Shown here piece after piece: positions 49,239 through 59,689 of a stretch of DNA of 64,000 nt. Within the stretch, counting starts at the first letter, position 1. Every line of letters begins with the position of its first letter. The notes under the pieces were generated by a model. It saw only the letters and a list, made by a program, of their open reading frames with translations, did not search any database and had not been told where the DNA came from. The DNA is from Pseudomonadota bacterium (lineage in GTDB: Bacteria; Desulfobacterota; Desulfobacteria; Desulfobacterales; RPRI01), in contig JBDRRF010000084.1 in NCBI GenBank assembly GCA_043825875.1, positions 1 through 64,000 on the forward strand, given 5' to 3'. The position numbers and the translations under genes are program-made.

Positions 49239-50294
49239 ATGGATTGGTTATATGTTCTGATGCCCATTTCGGGAGTTACGGTTTTCTGGCCCGGCCTTGT
49301 TATCCTTGGGGTCGGTGTCGGAATAATAGGTGGTTTTTTTGGTATGGGCGGAGCCTGGATGGTTACGCCAGGACTTAATATTCTAGGATTTCCAATGGCG
49401 TTTGCGATTGGAACCGATATCGCCCACATGGCAGGAAAGTCCCTTATTTCAACCATGCGACACGGCAAATTCGGAAACGTTGATTACAGGCTCGGCATGA
49501 TCATGCTGGTAGGAACTATTGTAGGATTTGAGTGCGGCGCACAGATGATCATGTGGCTTGAACGCATAGGAAAAGTAGAATTTATAGTACGATGGATGTA
49601 TGTTGTGCTTCTTATTCTTATCGCATGGATGGTTTTTGCAGATGTAGCAAAGAAGAAGAGAAAAGAGAAAGAAGCCAGGGAAAAGGGCTTGGATGATGAC
49701 AAACTTGCCACTGGTCTTGAATGGCATAAGACTTTTCACAAACTTAAAATACCCCCTATGATACATTTTAAGGCAGCAGGATTTACCTGCTCGGCATGGC
49801 TGCCTATTTTTATCAGTTTTCTAACCGGCTGGCTTGCAGGCATCCTTGGCATAGGCGGCGGACTCATACGTATGCCTGCTCTTATCTATTTCATAGGTTG
49901 TCCTACTCACATAGCTGTCGGGACCGATCTTTTCGAAGTTATGATCTCAGGTCTTTACGGAGCCGGCACTTATACTTTTAAGGGCAGAACCGAACTAGTT
50001 GCTGTTGTTATCATGCTATGCGGCGCAGCTATTGGAGCCCAGGTAGGAACTGTGGCAACTAAATACATAAAAGGTTACGGAATTCGTATCGCATTTGGAA
50101 TTGCTGTTATCGGCTGCTGTGTTTCAATTATAATGAAACTTATTCCAAGGTATGTGGCAGGAACCAAAGCTATAATGGATACTTGCTCAACAGTTCTTAT
50201 ACTAGGGCTTGTCGGCGCTTTGTCTCTGTATATTCTTGTTAAAATGATCCAGGGCGCAAAGAATGAAATTGCTATGAAGAAGGGAGGCGCTTAG
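49239..50294 (+). CDS. TSUP (TauE/SafE) family transporter B
   Basis: GFFGMGGAWMVTP, AIGTD, GIGGGLIRMP, AVGTDL. Confidence 0.9.
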   Translation: MDWLYVLMPISGVTVFWPGLVILGVGVGIIGGFFGMGGAWMVTPGLNILGFPMAFAIGTDIAHMAGKSLISTMRHGKFGNVDYRLGMIMLVGTIVGFECGAQMIMWLERIGKVEFIVRWMYVVLLILIAWMVFADVAKKKRKEKEAREKGLDDDKLATGLEWHKTFHKLKIPPMIHFKAAGFTCSAWLPIFISFLTGWLAGILGIGGGLIRMPALIYFIGCPTHIAVGTDLFEVMISGLYGAGTYTFKGRTELVAVVIMLCGAAIGAQVGTVATKYIKGYGIRIAFGIAVIGCCVSIIMKLIPRYVAGTKAIMDTCSTVLILGLVGALSLYILVKMIQGAKNEIAMKKGGA

Positions 50295-50295
50295 C

Positions 50296-50922
50296 ATGAG
50301 AAAGCATACTATGATAAAAAAACATGGCCTGTTTATTGTATTGTCTGCTTTATCATTTATTTTTATCTTTGCCTGCGGAAAATTAGGAAATGTAGATCAG
50401 GGCAGAGTTGTCGAATTTGATAAAGATAAAGCAATCGTTACACTAATAAGAGACTTTAACGCAGACCCGAAGAATCCGGACTATACACATCTTCCGCCTT
50501 ATATATATGAGATGCCGAAGAACCCTAATGAAATCGGAGCTCTTCCCAAAGCCGGTAAACGTATGCAACTGGATACCGAGAAAAACCAGATAGTCATATT
50601 TGATACAGCAACACAAAACTTCAAAGCCATAGATTACAAAGTAATCGATCAGAAAGATAATGTGGCCAAGAAAGACCCGCTGGTCTATGATGAGGAAACT
50701 GAGGAACCTAAAGCTTTTCCTATAGTAGACAAAGCAAATAAAACTATTACCCTTTATTCGGGTAGACAAAAAATTCTCATTACTTTTTCACTTCCTGAAC
50801 AATATTTTGCTCTATCGGACGATACCTGGGATTCAGGAGATGAAGTCCGCATCTATTATAAGGAGGAAGGTAAAGCAAGAAGATTTATGAATATTACACA
50901 AACCGATATTTTTAAAAAATAA
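50296..50922 (+). CDS. Lipoprotein (DUF4881-like)
   Basis: IFAC lipobox; GNVDQGRVV, WDSGDEVRIYYK, RFMNITQTDI. Confidence 0.7.
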   Translation: MRKHTMIKKHGLFIVLSALSFIFIFACGKLGNVDQGRVVEFDKDKAIVTLIRDFNADPKNPDYTHLPPYIYEMPKNPNEIGALPKAGKRMQLDTEKNQIVIFDTATQNFKAIDYKVIDQKDNVAKKDPLVYDEETEEPKAFPIVDKANKTITLYSGRQKILITFSLPEQYFALSDDTWDSGDEVRIYYKEEGKARRFMNITQTDIFKK

Positions 50923-50928
50923 TAAACC

Positions 50929-50971
50929 GATGCCTTCATAAAAACCATTTTTGGGGTTTTATGAAGGCATC
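50929..50971. terminator. Intercistronic hairpin
   Basis: GATGCCTTCATAAAA ... TTTTATGAAGGCATC perfect 15-bp stem. Confidence 0.6.
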
Positions 50972-50992
50972 TAAAATGGAGATAAAGCGGCA

Positions 50993-51781
50993 ATGAATGA
51001 TATGGAAAAAACCCTGCGGTTAAGAAGAGCTGTTGGAAAAGTTGCCGCTATACTTTGTGTTATTGTCTGTTTTTCACTCATTGATACAATAATAGCAGGG
51101 TTCAGGCAATCAGCAACCGAGTTTGATGTTCTTCCGGGAACATCGATAGAATTGAATGGGCTCACAGCAGAAAAGGTTAAAAGTGGCGATGAAATTGTCT
51201 GTAAAAGCAGCTCAGATTATATTCGAATTTCAATTGATTCACTTCAGAAAGGCCACTGGTTTGGTAATAACATGTGGCATGGACATCTTATAATAAGTCC
51301 GGACGCAAAAGCCGGCGAATACAGCATCATTGTCGGTATTAAAGATATAAATCTGCAAAAAAAACACGATAAATTTCTTGTAAGAGTATATAAGGATTAT
51401 GCAAAATATCAACAAAGCTTCAAATCTGTAATAAAACGATACATAGATATTTCGCCATGGGTTTTTGCGGCTTCTTTTTCACCATTTATTATTTTAGCTT
51501 TCGGGTATATATTTATACTATCCGGGAAAATTGAAAATCTGATGGCAAAGCAGAAAAAGGCGGTAATTTACAAAGTAAAAAAAGCTAAAGAAACATGTGA
51601 AATCTATTTTGGCTTAGGTATGGATCATGGCATTAAAGTAAGCACATGCCTTACCGTTTTCAATGATAAGGGCCAACCGGTGGGAACCGCTGTAGTTAAT
51701 AGTGCAAATGGAATAGACTCTATTGCTTGCGCGGAATCGGGTTGCCTGATTAAACCCGGCTATATTGTATCAGTCTCCTGA
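50993..51781 (+). CDS. Conserved two-TM membrane protein
   Basis: 262 aa, two TMs flanking a periplasmic domain; FGLGMDHGI C-terminal beta domain. Confidence 0.7.
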   Translation: MNDMEKTLRLRRAVGKVAAILCVIVCFSLIDTIIAGFRQSATEFDVLPGTSIELNGLTAEKVKSGDEIVCKSSSDYIRISIDSLQKGHWFGNNMWHGHLIISPDAKAGEYSIIVGIKDINLQKKHDKFLVRVYKDYAKYQQSFKSVIKRYIDISPWVFAASFSPFIILAFGYIFILSGKIENLMAKQKKAVIYKVKKAKETCEIYFGLGMDHGIKVSTCLTVFNDKGQPVGTAVVNSANGIDSIACAESGCLIKPGYIVSVS

Positions 51782-51892
51782 TAAATACAACTCATATTAT
51801 TTTATATTATTGATATATATTGATTATTAGAATAATCTTATCCTTTTTTAACTTATAAACTTTTACGATTCACATAACATGGAAATCAACAA

Positions 51893-52291
51893 ATGAATAA
51901 TATACGCCTTTTACTGGTGGATGATGAAGAAGATTTCAGAATAACACTGACAGCGAGATTAAAAAGGAGAAATATTGATGTTATCGATGTTGATAGCGGT
52001 GAAAAAGCAATAGAATTGATCAGAAATAATAAATTCGATGTAGCCATAGTTGATATCAAGATGCCTGGTATTGATGGAATAGAAACCTTAAGATATTTAA
52101 AAAGGATAGACCCGCTATTAGAGGTAATACTTCTTACCGGACATGCTTCGGTGGAGGCGGGCATAGAGGGGATAAAATTGGGAGCTTATGACTATATTGT
52201 CAAGCCGTGTAATTTAAATGATCTTTTATCCAAGGTTGAGGATGCTAATCGTCGAAGGCATATAGAGGAAGAACACATTCGGGAAAAATAA
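51893..52291 (+). CDS. Single-domain response regulator
   Basis: LLVDDE, IVDIKMPG, LTGHA, VKP. Confidence 0.92.
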   Translation: MNNIRLLLVDDEEDFRITLTARLKRRNIDVIDVDSGEKAIELIRNNKFDVAIVDIKMPGIDGIETLRYLKRIDPLLEVILLTGHASVEAGIEGIKLGAYDYIVKPCNLNDLLSKVEDANRRRHIEEEHIREK

Positions 52292-52293
52292 GA

Positions 52294-54876
52294 ATGTTTA
52301 AAAAGTTAAAATTATTTAATAAAGAAAAATCCTGTAAAAATAATGATGAAAGAGATAACATATCAGATCTCTTCAGATATAAGTATTCCTGCTTTAAAAT
52401 GCTTCTGGATTCAAACTCCGAATTTTTAAAAATAATAAGTGACATTGAGGAAAAACTTATAGGAAAGCAGGTATTCGGCATGTCGTATATAAGATCCAGG
52501 TCAGGCAAGGCAATTTTCCATGCTCTAAGGATGGTAAAAAACCTGGATGATCTTTCTGGCCATCGATATTCTTTGCTTTTTGATATAGTTGAAAAAATAA
52601 ATATAAATATTAAAGAAATTCTAAAGAAAAAAAAGGAGGATTTTCCTGCTGAATTTATTTTACCTTATTCAATGATAAATTCTGAGATGACCGACTGGGT
52701 GGGAGGCAAAAACGCCAATCTTGGCGAAGTACATAATAAAATCGGACTTCCTATACCACGCGGATTTGCCATCACCACACGGGCTTTTAAATTATTCATG
52801 CTAAAAACCGATCTATTGGATAAAATCAGCAAAAAAAAGATGGAGATCGACCCTGATGATCCTGAAACAATAAAAACCATTAGTGAGGACATTTGTAATT
52901 TGATAATATCATCTATGGTACCTCCCGAACTGGAAAAAGCTATAAATCTTGCCTATGCACAACTTGCAGAAACCGCTTCTGATACAAAATCTTTGGGGCC
53001 TTCGTTAAGGGTGGCCATGAGAAGCAGCGCAATAGGAGAAGATGGAGAACATTCATCTGCCGGTCAATATCTGTCCAAATTAAATGTGCCGGCAAGCCAG
53101 CTGATTCAGTCATACAAGGAAATCGCAGCAAGTCTTTATACACCACAGGCTATCACCTACCGCCTCAATAAAGGAATAAGAGATGAAGACATCGGAATGA
53201 GCGTAGCCTGTCTTCAGATGGTTGACTCGGTTTCAAGTGGTGTTATGTATTCAGGAAATCCGATCAATCTGCTGGAAAAAAATATTATCATCACTGCTGT
53301 ATTGGGGCTGGGACCTTATGCTGTTGGAGGAATTGTAACTCCTGACAGATACCTTGTGGATAATGATGGCCGGGTAATTGAAGCGGATATTTCTTATAAG
53401 ACCGTTAAACTAGTCAGTAATCCTGATGATGGATTAATGGAAACCGATGTTTCAGATGAACTTCGCCACAAACCCTGCCTATCACCAGAAAAAATAAGTA
53501 TACTTGCAGGATATGCCACAAAACTCGAAAAACATTTCGGGTGCTCTCAGGATATAGAGTGGGCCCTTGCTCCTGACGGTAATCTTCTTATCCTTCAAAG
53601 CCGACCATTACATGCCGAACAATATGGAAAGACTATTCCGATAACGCCTGTATTTACTCAATACCCTCTTTTGATAGAAAAAGGCATGAGCGTTTCAGGC
53701 GGGGTAGGTTCTGGGCCTGCTTTTCTTGTTGCCTCAGATGAAGATCTCTTGAATTTCCCGGATGGATCGGTTCTTATAGCAAGACATTCTTCCCCTAAGC
53801 TTGTCATGGCTATGAAAAAAACCCGGGCTATAATAACCGATATCGGCAACATAGCCGGGCATATGGCCTCTCTTGCCAGGGAATTTGGTGTTCCTACAAT
53901 TGTAAACGCCTATGATGCAACCACCAGGATACCGTCCGGCATGGAAATTACCGTAGATGCCTACTCAGGAAGGGTATATCAGGGAAGGGTCAATGAATTG
54001 GAGCCATTTCAGAATAAAGGCAAATTCCCCATGAAGGACACGCCGGTGTACAAGATTTTAAGAGAAGTAAGCGACTGGATAATTCCTCTGAATCTCACGG
54101 ATGCAAGATCGCCAAAATTTACACCTGATTCATGTAAATCTCTTCATGACATAAGTCGCCTTGCTCACGAATTCTCCTACACCGAGATGTTTCAACTCAG
54201 TGACTTTGTCTGCGATAAAAAAGGAATAGCTTTTAAACTTAAGAGCAATATTCCGCTTGATCTTTATGTTATTGATATAGGTGGCGGCTTTACCGAAACG
54301 AATACGGATCATAAGAATGTAACTCCCGACAAGATAGCTTCAATTCCTTTTAAAGCGCTGCTTGGAGGAATGATACATGAAGATTTTCAAAAAGAGCAAT
54401 TGCGCCCTGTGGAATTCAAAGGCTTTTTATCCGTGATGAAAGAACAGATGCTTTCTCCTCCTTCTCAGGTTGAAAGATTCGGTGACCGAAGCTACGCCAT
54501 AATTTCAGATAAATATCTTAATTTCAGTTCGCGTGTGGGTTATCACTATGGTGTCCTTGATTCCTATTGCTCCCAGACAGTTAATATGAACTATATTTCA
54601 TTTTCGTTTAAGGGCGGAGCCGCCGATGATATAAGGAGAAACAGACGAGCAAGGACTATCGCAATAATCCTTAAGTCAAACGATTTTGCCGTAGAAGTCA
54701 CAGGAGATAAGGTCAGCGCGCGATATCAGAAGCACGAAAGCGCTCTCATTGAACAAAAGCTTGATATAATCGGGCGTCTCTTACTGTTCACACGACAAAT
54801 GGATATGCTTATGACGAATGAGGCAAGCGTAGAAGCATTGGCCAAAAACTTTATGGCCGGAAAATATACGTATTGA
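52294..54876 (+). CDS. PEP-synthase/PPDK-like protein B (paralog of 40113)
   Basis: GGKNANLGE, AMRSSAIGED..SAG, QDIEWA, ILQSRP; TDIGNIAGHMASLARE; C-terminus SSRVGYHY, FSFKGGAAD, RQMDM shared with paralog. Confidence 0.85.
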   Translation: MFKKLKLFNKEKSCKNNDERDNISDLFRYKYSCFKMLLDSNSEFLKIISDIEEKLIGKQVFGMSYIRSRSGKAIFHALRMVKNLDDLSGHRYSLLFDIVEKININIKEILKKKKEDFPAEFILPYSMINSEMTDWVGGKNANLGEVHNKIGLPIPRGFAITTRAFKLFMLKTDLLDKISKKKMEIDPDDPETIKTISEDICNLIISSMVPPELEKAINLAYAQLAETASDTKSLGPSLRVAMRSSAIGEDGEHSSAGQYLSKLNVPASQLIQSYKEIAASLYTPQAITYRLNKGIRDEDIGMSVACLQMVDSVSSGVMYSGNPINLLEKNIIITAVLGLGPYAVGGIVTPDRYLVDNDGRVIEADISYKTVKLVSNPDDGLMETDVSDELRHKPCLSPEKISILAGYATKLEKHFGCSQDIEWALAPDGNLLILQSRPLHAEQYGKTIPITPVFTQYPLLIEKGMSVSGGVGSGPAFLVASDEDLLNFPDGSVLIARHSSPKLVMAMKKTRAIITDIGNIAGHMASLAREFGVPTIVNAYDATTRIPSGMEITVDAYSGRVYQGRVNELEPFQNKGKFPMKDTPVYKILREVSDWIIPLNLTDARSPKFTPDSCKSLHDISRLAHEFSYTEMFQLSDFVCDKKGIAFKLKSNIPLDLYVIDIGGGFTETNTDHKNVTPDKIASIPFKALLGGMIHEDFQKEQLRPVEFKGFLSVMKEQMLSPPSQVERFGDRSYAIISDKYLNFSSRVGYHYGVLDSYCSQTVNMNYISFSFKGGAADDIRRNRRARTIAIILKSNDFAVEVTGDKVSARYQKHESALIEQKLDIIGRLLLFTRQMDMLMTNEASVEALAKNFMAGKYTY

Positions 54877-55034
54877 AGGACTCTTCAATACTCCATCAAG
54901 ACTATCCCATGAAACTTAACCCAAAACCGTTTAAAAAGTACAAATCACCTTTTTGGATCAACAGGTCAGAAGGTAGTTTGTAAGTATAAACAAAGAGATA
55001 ACTTGCACCAAGTTAGCAAATAGGCAGTATGCAA

Positions 55035-56468
55035 TTAATTATCTTCCCGGGCAAAGGTTTCCATGACTATGTTGTATTTTTCAATCTTTGAATGAAGTGT
55101 GGGACGGGAAAGGCCTAAAAGTTTGGCAGCCTTTGAGCGGTTTCCATTACATATATTAAGTACTTCACTTATTAATATAGACGAGAATTCATCCATGAAG
55201 CTGTCAAAAAGATTTTCAGTATTACGGGTTTTCAATTCTTTTCTAAGCCATCGCCTCATGGCTTCATCACCCATATCCTTCTTTGATCCGTCCGAAAGAG
55301 GTTTTTCACAGATAACCTGGGAAATATCATCAGCGGATAAGGGCACTCCCCGGTTAAATATCAGAGCTTTTTGTACAGTGTTTTCAAGTTCACGAACATT
55401 ACCTGGCCATGAATATGACGAAAGTAAAGTTTTTGCCTCATCATTTATTCCGGGGTTTTTAATTCCTTTTTCATTAGAATATTTTGCGAGAAAATAATCC
55501 GTTAAAACAGGTATGTCATTTTCCCTTTCTCTTAAGGAAGGAAGCTGAATCGTAACTACTTTCAAGCGATAATAGAGATCCTCTCTAAATCTTCCGTCAA
55601 GAATCGCCTTTTCGAGGTCTCGGTTTGTAGCTGCAATGATTCGGACATCGGTATTTATATTAACAAGGCCGCCGACACGCTCAATTTTTTTTTCCTGTAT
55701 AAGTCTCAACATTTTTGCCTGAAGATTTAAAGGCATATCCCCGATTTCATCCAGAAAAATTGTTCCATTGTGAGCCTGTTCAATCTTTCCCACCTTGCGA
55801 TGAGCTGCGCCGGTAAAGGCGCCTTTCTCATAACCGAACAGTTCGCTTTCAAGCAGATTTTCCGGAATGGCAACACAGTTTATTACAAGAAAAGGTTTAT
55901 CAGCCCTCAGGCTGTGCTGATATAAAGCTCTTACAACCAATTCCTTTCCGGTTCCGGATTCACCCCGCACCAAAACAGTAGCATCGGTTGGGGATGCCCT
56001 CCCTATTGCTTTGTAGAGTTCCTGCATTACGGTGCTGCGTCCGACTATCGCATCTCTTGATGCTTTATCGGTATTTGCGTCCACATCAACAGGAGAACGC
56101 ATAAAACGGCTTGCATTTATGGCCTGTTCAATAAGAGAGAGCATTCCAGGTATGTCAAAGGGCTTAAGGATGTAGTCAAATGCTCCCAGTTTTGTTGCTT
56201 CGATAGCTGTTTCCGTTGTTCCGAAGGCGGTCATTATTATAACCGGAAGTTTTGGCTCAATTTTATGTATTGCCTTAAATGTTTCAAGTCCGTTCATGCC
56301 CGGCAGACGCATATCAAGAATTACAATATCAGGAGCCTGATTCTTGACTTCACTTAAACCGGCTTCACCGGAAGCAGCCCCAACTACACGATAGCCTTCT
56401 TCAGCCAGAAGTTTTTGAAAACTTTTGCGGAGCTGATCATCATCATCAATAATAAGAATAGAGCTCAA
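55035..56468 (-). CDS. NtrC-family sigma-54-dependent response regulator
   Basis: REC domain, GESGTGKE, ESELFGYEKGAFTGA, FLDEIGD, WPGNVREL, Fis-type HTH. Confidence 0.96.
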   Translation of the reverse strand: MSSILIIDDDDQLRKSFQKLLAEEGYRVVGAASGEAGLSEVKNQAPDIVILDMRLPGMNGLETFKAIHKIEPKLPVIIMTAFGTTETAIEATKLGAFDYILKPFDIPGMLSLIEQAINASRFMRSPVDVDANTDKASRDAIVGRSTVMQELYKAIGRASPTDATVLVRGESGTGKELVVRALYQHSLRADKPFLVINCVAIPENLLESELFGYEKGAFTGAAHRKVGKIEQAHNGTIFLDEIGDMPLNLQAKMLRLIQEKKIERVGGLVNINTDVRIIAATNRDLEKAILDGRFREDLYYRLKVVTIQLPSLRERENDIPVLTDYFLAKYSNEKGIKNPGINDEAKTLLSSYSWPGNVRELENTVQKALIFNRGVPLSADDISQVICEKPLSDGSKKDMGDEAMRRWLRKELKTRNTENLFDSFMDEFSSILISEVLNICNGNRSKAAKLLGLSRPTLHSKIEKYNIVMETFAREDN

Positions 56469-57949
56469 ATGCCTTTTCCTTTACTTTTGTCTTTTGCAGG
56501 GAGAGTAATTATAAAAGCTGCGCCCTCCCGTTCCTTTGATTCAACATCAATACGACCGCCATGTTCTTCAATTATTCTGGTTACTATACTAAGTCCAAGC
56601 CCTGTTCCCTCTTCCTTGGTTGTAAAAAAAGGCTCCATAATTTTTGCAATAAAAGATTTTGGAATCCCCGGACCATTATCACTAAATTTTAGCACGACAG
56701 CTTTCCCTATTGCAGTATCAATATCCTCATATTCATAAATTGTTATTAAACCGCCTCTTATCATTGCTTCGCAGGAATTGATCATCAGATTGACTATTAC
56801 TTCTTTTAGTTGTTCAGGATCAATATCTATTTCAGGAAGATTTTTTTCTCTTACAATTTTTACTGTAACATCATATGATTTAATACGATGTTCGAGCAGT
56901 TGTATTGCAAGATCTACTACAAGAGAGGGGCTGATTTTTTGCATCTTCAGTTTTGGCGGCCTTGAAAATTCAAGAAAGTTCTGAACTATGGTATCCATCT
57001 GGCGTATTTCATCAGATATCACCTTAATGTCATCTTGCTGTGTTTCTGTAAAGTTTTTGGAACGTTCAAGCGAAAAAAGCCGCATTTTTACAGATGTAAA
57101 AGGATTTCTTATGCTGTGCGCCATTCCCGCGGCAAGTTTTCCTACTAGGGCCATCTTCTCAGACTGCTGTAAATGTTCACGACTTTTTTCCAGTTCAAAA
57201 TGTGTAAGGTCGAAATCATTGATCAGATCTCTTACATTTTTAACAAGCACTGCGATTTCATCATGCGCACTTCCTGTATTACTTTCCCGGCCTGCTTCCA
57301 TGGCTAAACGGTAAATAGGCTTTAGAATGCCTTTAACCAGAAGAACCCCCATCATGATAATAAGAAATGTGCTCATAATAAGAGCGCTTACGGCAAAATA
57401 TCTTAATTGAATAGCTTCATTATGACTATTTTCCTTGGCAAGGGCAACCCTGTTTACATGAATAATCTTATATTCATCACAAAGTTCGATAATCTTGAAA
57501 AATTGATTTCGTACATCTTTATGAAGCTTTGCCCCTTCTTTACGCTTACCTGCAATATAATATGAGATAACACGGTCTTTCAATCCTATATAGACACCGT
57601 ATTCCTTTTCTATATTTTCGATAATCTTTTTTTGAGATTCATTTTCGGATATGAGTTTTACTTCTTCGAGTTTCTTCTTAAATATCTGTCTGTATTCACC
57701 TAACTGTTTCAGCCATTCCGGATCATTATCGAGAAAATAATAGGTTACAAAACCCTTCTGACTTATTATAGCCATTTCAAGTTCTTCAGCTGATTGCAGC
57801 GCGACTATATCTTTTTCAACCAAATGTGTTAAGGCGCTTTCTATTCTGAAAGTATACCAAAACATAACGGAACCGCCAAGAATTGTTATTATTATAAGCG
57901 ATATCAGTATTGCGTATATTCTTATACGGAGACTTAAATTATTTTTCAT
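56465..57949 (-). CDS. Sensor histidine kinase with four-helix-bundle periplasmic domain
   Basis: AHSIRNPF, DNGPGI, PFFTTK, GTGLGL; ATGA-coupled to the NtrC-type gene. Confidence 0.93.
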   Translation of the reverse strand: MKNNLSLRIRIYAILISLIIITILGGSVMFWYTFRIESALTHLVEKDIVALQSAEELEMAIISQKGFVTYYFLDNDPEWLKQLGEYRQIFKKKLEEVKLISENESQKKIIENIEKEYGVYIGLKDRVISYYIAGKRKEGAKLHKDVRNQFFKIIELCDEYKIIHVNRVALAKENSHNEAIQLRYFAVSALIMSTFLIIMMGVLLVKGILKPIYRLAMEAGRESNTGSAHDEIAVLVKNVRDLINDFDLTHFELEKSREHLQQSEKMALVGKLAAGMAHSIRNPFTSVKMRLFSLERSKNFTETQQDDIKVISDEIRQMDTIVQNFLEFSRPPKLKMQKISPSLVVDLAIQLLEHRIKSYDVTVKIVREKNLPEIDIDPEQLKEVIVNLMINSCEAMIRGGLITIYEYEDIDTAIGKAVVLKFSDNGPGIPKSFIAKIMEPFFTTKEEGTGLGLSIVTRIIEEHGGRIDVESKEREGAAFIITLPAKDKSKGKGI

Positions 57950-58100
57950 TTTGGGTATTTAAGAAGATAGTTCGTGTTTTCCTGCTATAGGACGGTTTAA
58001 ATTTTTTCTTCAGTTGCATTAGCCTTTACCTTTATATATCTTCTTATACCAATGGCGTATAATTTTACAACCTCATAAATTCTACTCTGCCTTTTTATAT

Positions 58101-58616
58101 TTGAATATCATGGAATTAAAACAAGGTTTTTCCCCCATAGCTAATAAAAAAGCTAAGGTTCTGATTTTGGGTTCGATGCCCAGCGAGGAATCTTTCAAAA
58201 AGAGCGAATATTACGGCAATCCAAGAAATTATTTTTGGAAGATTATGGCATTTTTGTTTGGATTTGATTTTTCCATAAGTTATAAGGAAAAAATAAAAAT
58301 ATTATTGGAAAACAAAATAGCGCTTTGGGATGTAGTGCAGTCTTGCGAAAGAAAAGGCAGTCTTGATACAAATATAAATAATAAAACAATAATTGAAAAT
58401 GATTTTGTTTCTTTTTTTTATAAACACCCGAACATAAAAAATGTTTATTTTAATGGTGCCAAGGCGGAGGCGGAATATTATAAAAGAGTTTTGCCAATGC
58501 TTTCAAAATCGGAGCATAAAATAAATTATGTCAGACTTTGCTCTACAAGTCCTGCTATGACCCTATTGTCGTTTGATGCCAAATTAAGGGAGTGGTTGAA
58601 AATCAAGGTTCATTAG
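58101..58616 (+). CDS. UDG-superfamily DNA glycosylase (MUG / hypoxanthine-DNA glycosylase-like)
   Basis: LILGSMP, YYGNPRNYFW, IALWDV, GSLD, FNG, STSPA. Confidence 0.85.
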   Translation: MNIMELKQGFSPIANKKAKVLILGSMPSEESFKKSEYYGNPRNYFWKIMAFLFGFDFSISYKEKIKILLENKIALWDVVQSCERKGSLDTNINNKTIIENDFVSFFYKHPNIKNVYFNGAKAEAEYYKRVLPMLSKSEHKINYVRLCSTSPAMTLLSFDAKLREWLKIKVH

Positions 58617-58669
58617 ATGTATTTTGAATGCGGAAACTGTTCTATTAAAAACACTGGGAGAAAAAAGAT

Positions 58670-59686
58670 ATGATAAAGTTTATAAAAACAATTGTACTTA
58701 TTGTAGTGACTTTTTGTATTGCTTCAAATGTTTGGGCCGCTTCTCCGGCAACCGGAACTATTACAGCAACCCAAGCCTGCCAAGCTTATGTCTCAAAAAA
58801 CAAACTAACCAACCCCGATAACACAAAGCTTGTGATCAACAAAAGTTATCCGGTTTTTGAGGCCAATAAAGCAGAAAATCCCAGTTGGTACCGGGTGCGC
58901 GTTTCCGGCGCCAATCCGGTAGAACGTTGGATTCCAAAGCATTGTGGTACGTTTGATGCCCAAACCGGAAATAGCGGAAGTTCCGGTGGACAAAGTGGTG
59001 CTCAGACTAATAAATGCCAAACTGCGGGCCTGGAAGATAGTTATGTGCTGGCGTTAAGCTGGCAACCCGCTTTTTGCGAAACGCATTGTGATAAACCTGA
59101 ATGCCGTATAGAAGATAAAAAATCTTATCAGGCGCGTAATTTTACCCTGCACGGTTTGTGGCCTAATAAAAAATCATGCGGCAAAGATTATGGCTTCTGT
59201 GGCGAGGTTCAAAACAAACCGGGCGATTTTTGCGACTATCCTGTGCTGCAATTTTTTTCTCAAACCCGGCAAGCGCTTGAACAAGTTATGCCCAGTGCCT
59301 CGGCAGGCTCCTGTCTGCAACGCCATGAATGGTTCAAGCACGGCACCTGCCAGACTAAATGGTCTATTGATGAATATTATGAAACAGCCATAGATCTGAC
59401 GCAACAATTCAATGAATCGGGTGTCGCTTATTTTATTACCCGCAATACAGGTAAAAATGTTAGCGAAGAAGAGTTTATCAGCAAAGTGGAGTGCGCACTT
59501 GGAACCGGCACGCACAATCGCATAGAGTTAAAATGTAGTAACGGAAATCTGGTTGATGTGTACATAACCTTGCCGGTTGATATTACTCCCGGCGAAAGTC
59601 TTGGTGAACTAATGGGGCAGGGGGAAAGCCGGTATAAATCAAATTGCGGCGGCAGTTTTCATATAGACCCGATAGGGTTTCAATAA
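58670..59686 (+). CDS. Exported ribonuclease T2 family protein
   Basis: Signal peptide; LALSWQPAFC, FTLHGLWP (CAS I), HEWFKHGTC (CAS II). Confidence 0.93.
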   Translation: MIKFIKTIVLIVVTFCIASNVWAASPATGTITATQACQAYVSKNKLTNPDNTKLVINKSYPVFEANKAENPSWYRVRVSGANPVERWIPKHCGTFDAQTGNSGSSGGQSGAQTNKCQTAGLEDSYVLALSWQPAFCETHCDKPECRIEDKKSYQARNFTLHGLWPNKKSCGKDYGFCGEVQNKPGDFCDYPVLQFFSQTRQALEQVMPSASAGSCLQRHEWFKHGTCQTKWSIDEYYETAIDLTQQFNESGVAYFITRNTGKNVSEEEFISKVECALGTGTHNRIELKCSNGNLVDVYITLPVDITPGESLGELMGQGESRYKSNCGGSFHIDPIGFQ

Positions 59687-59689
59687 TTG

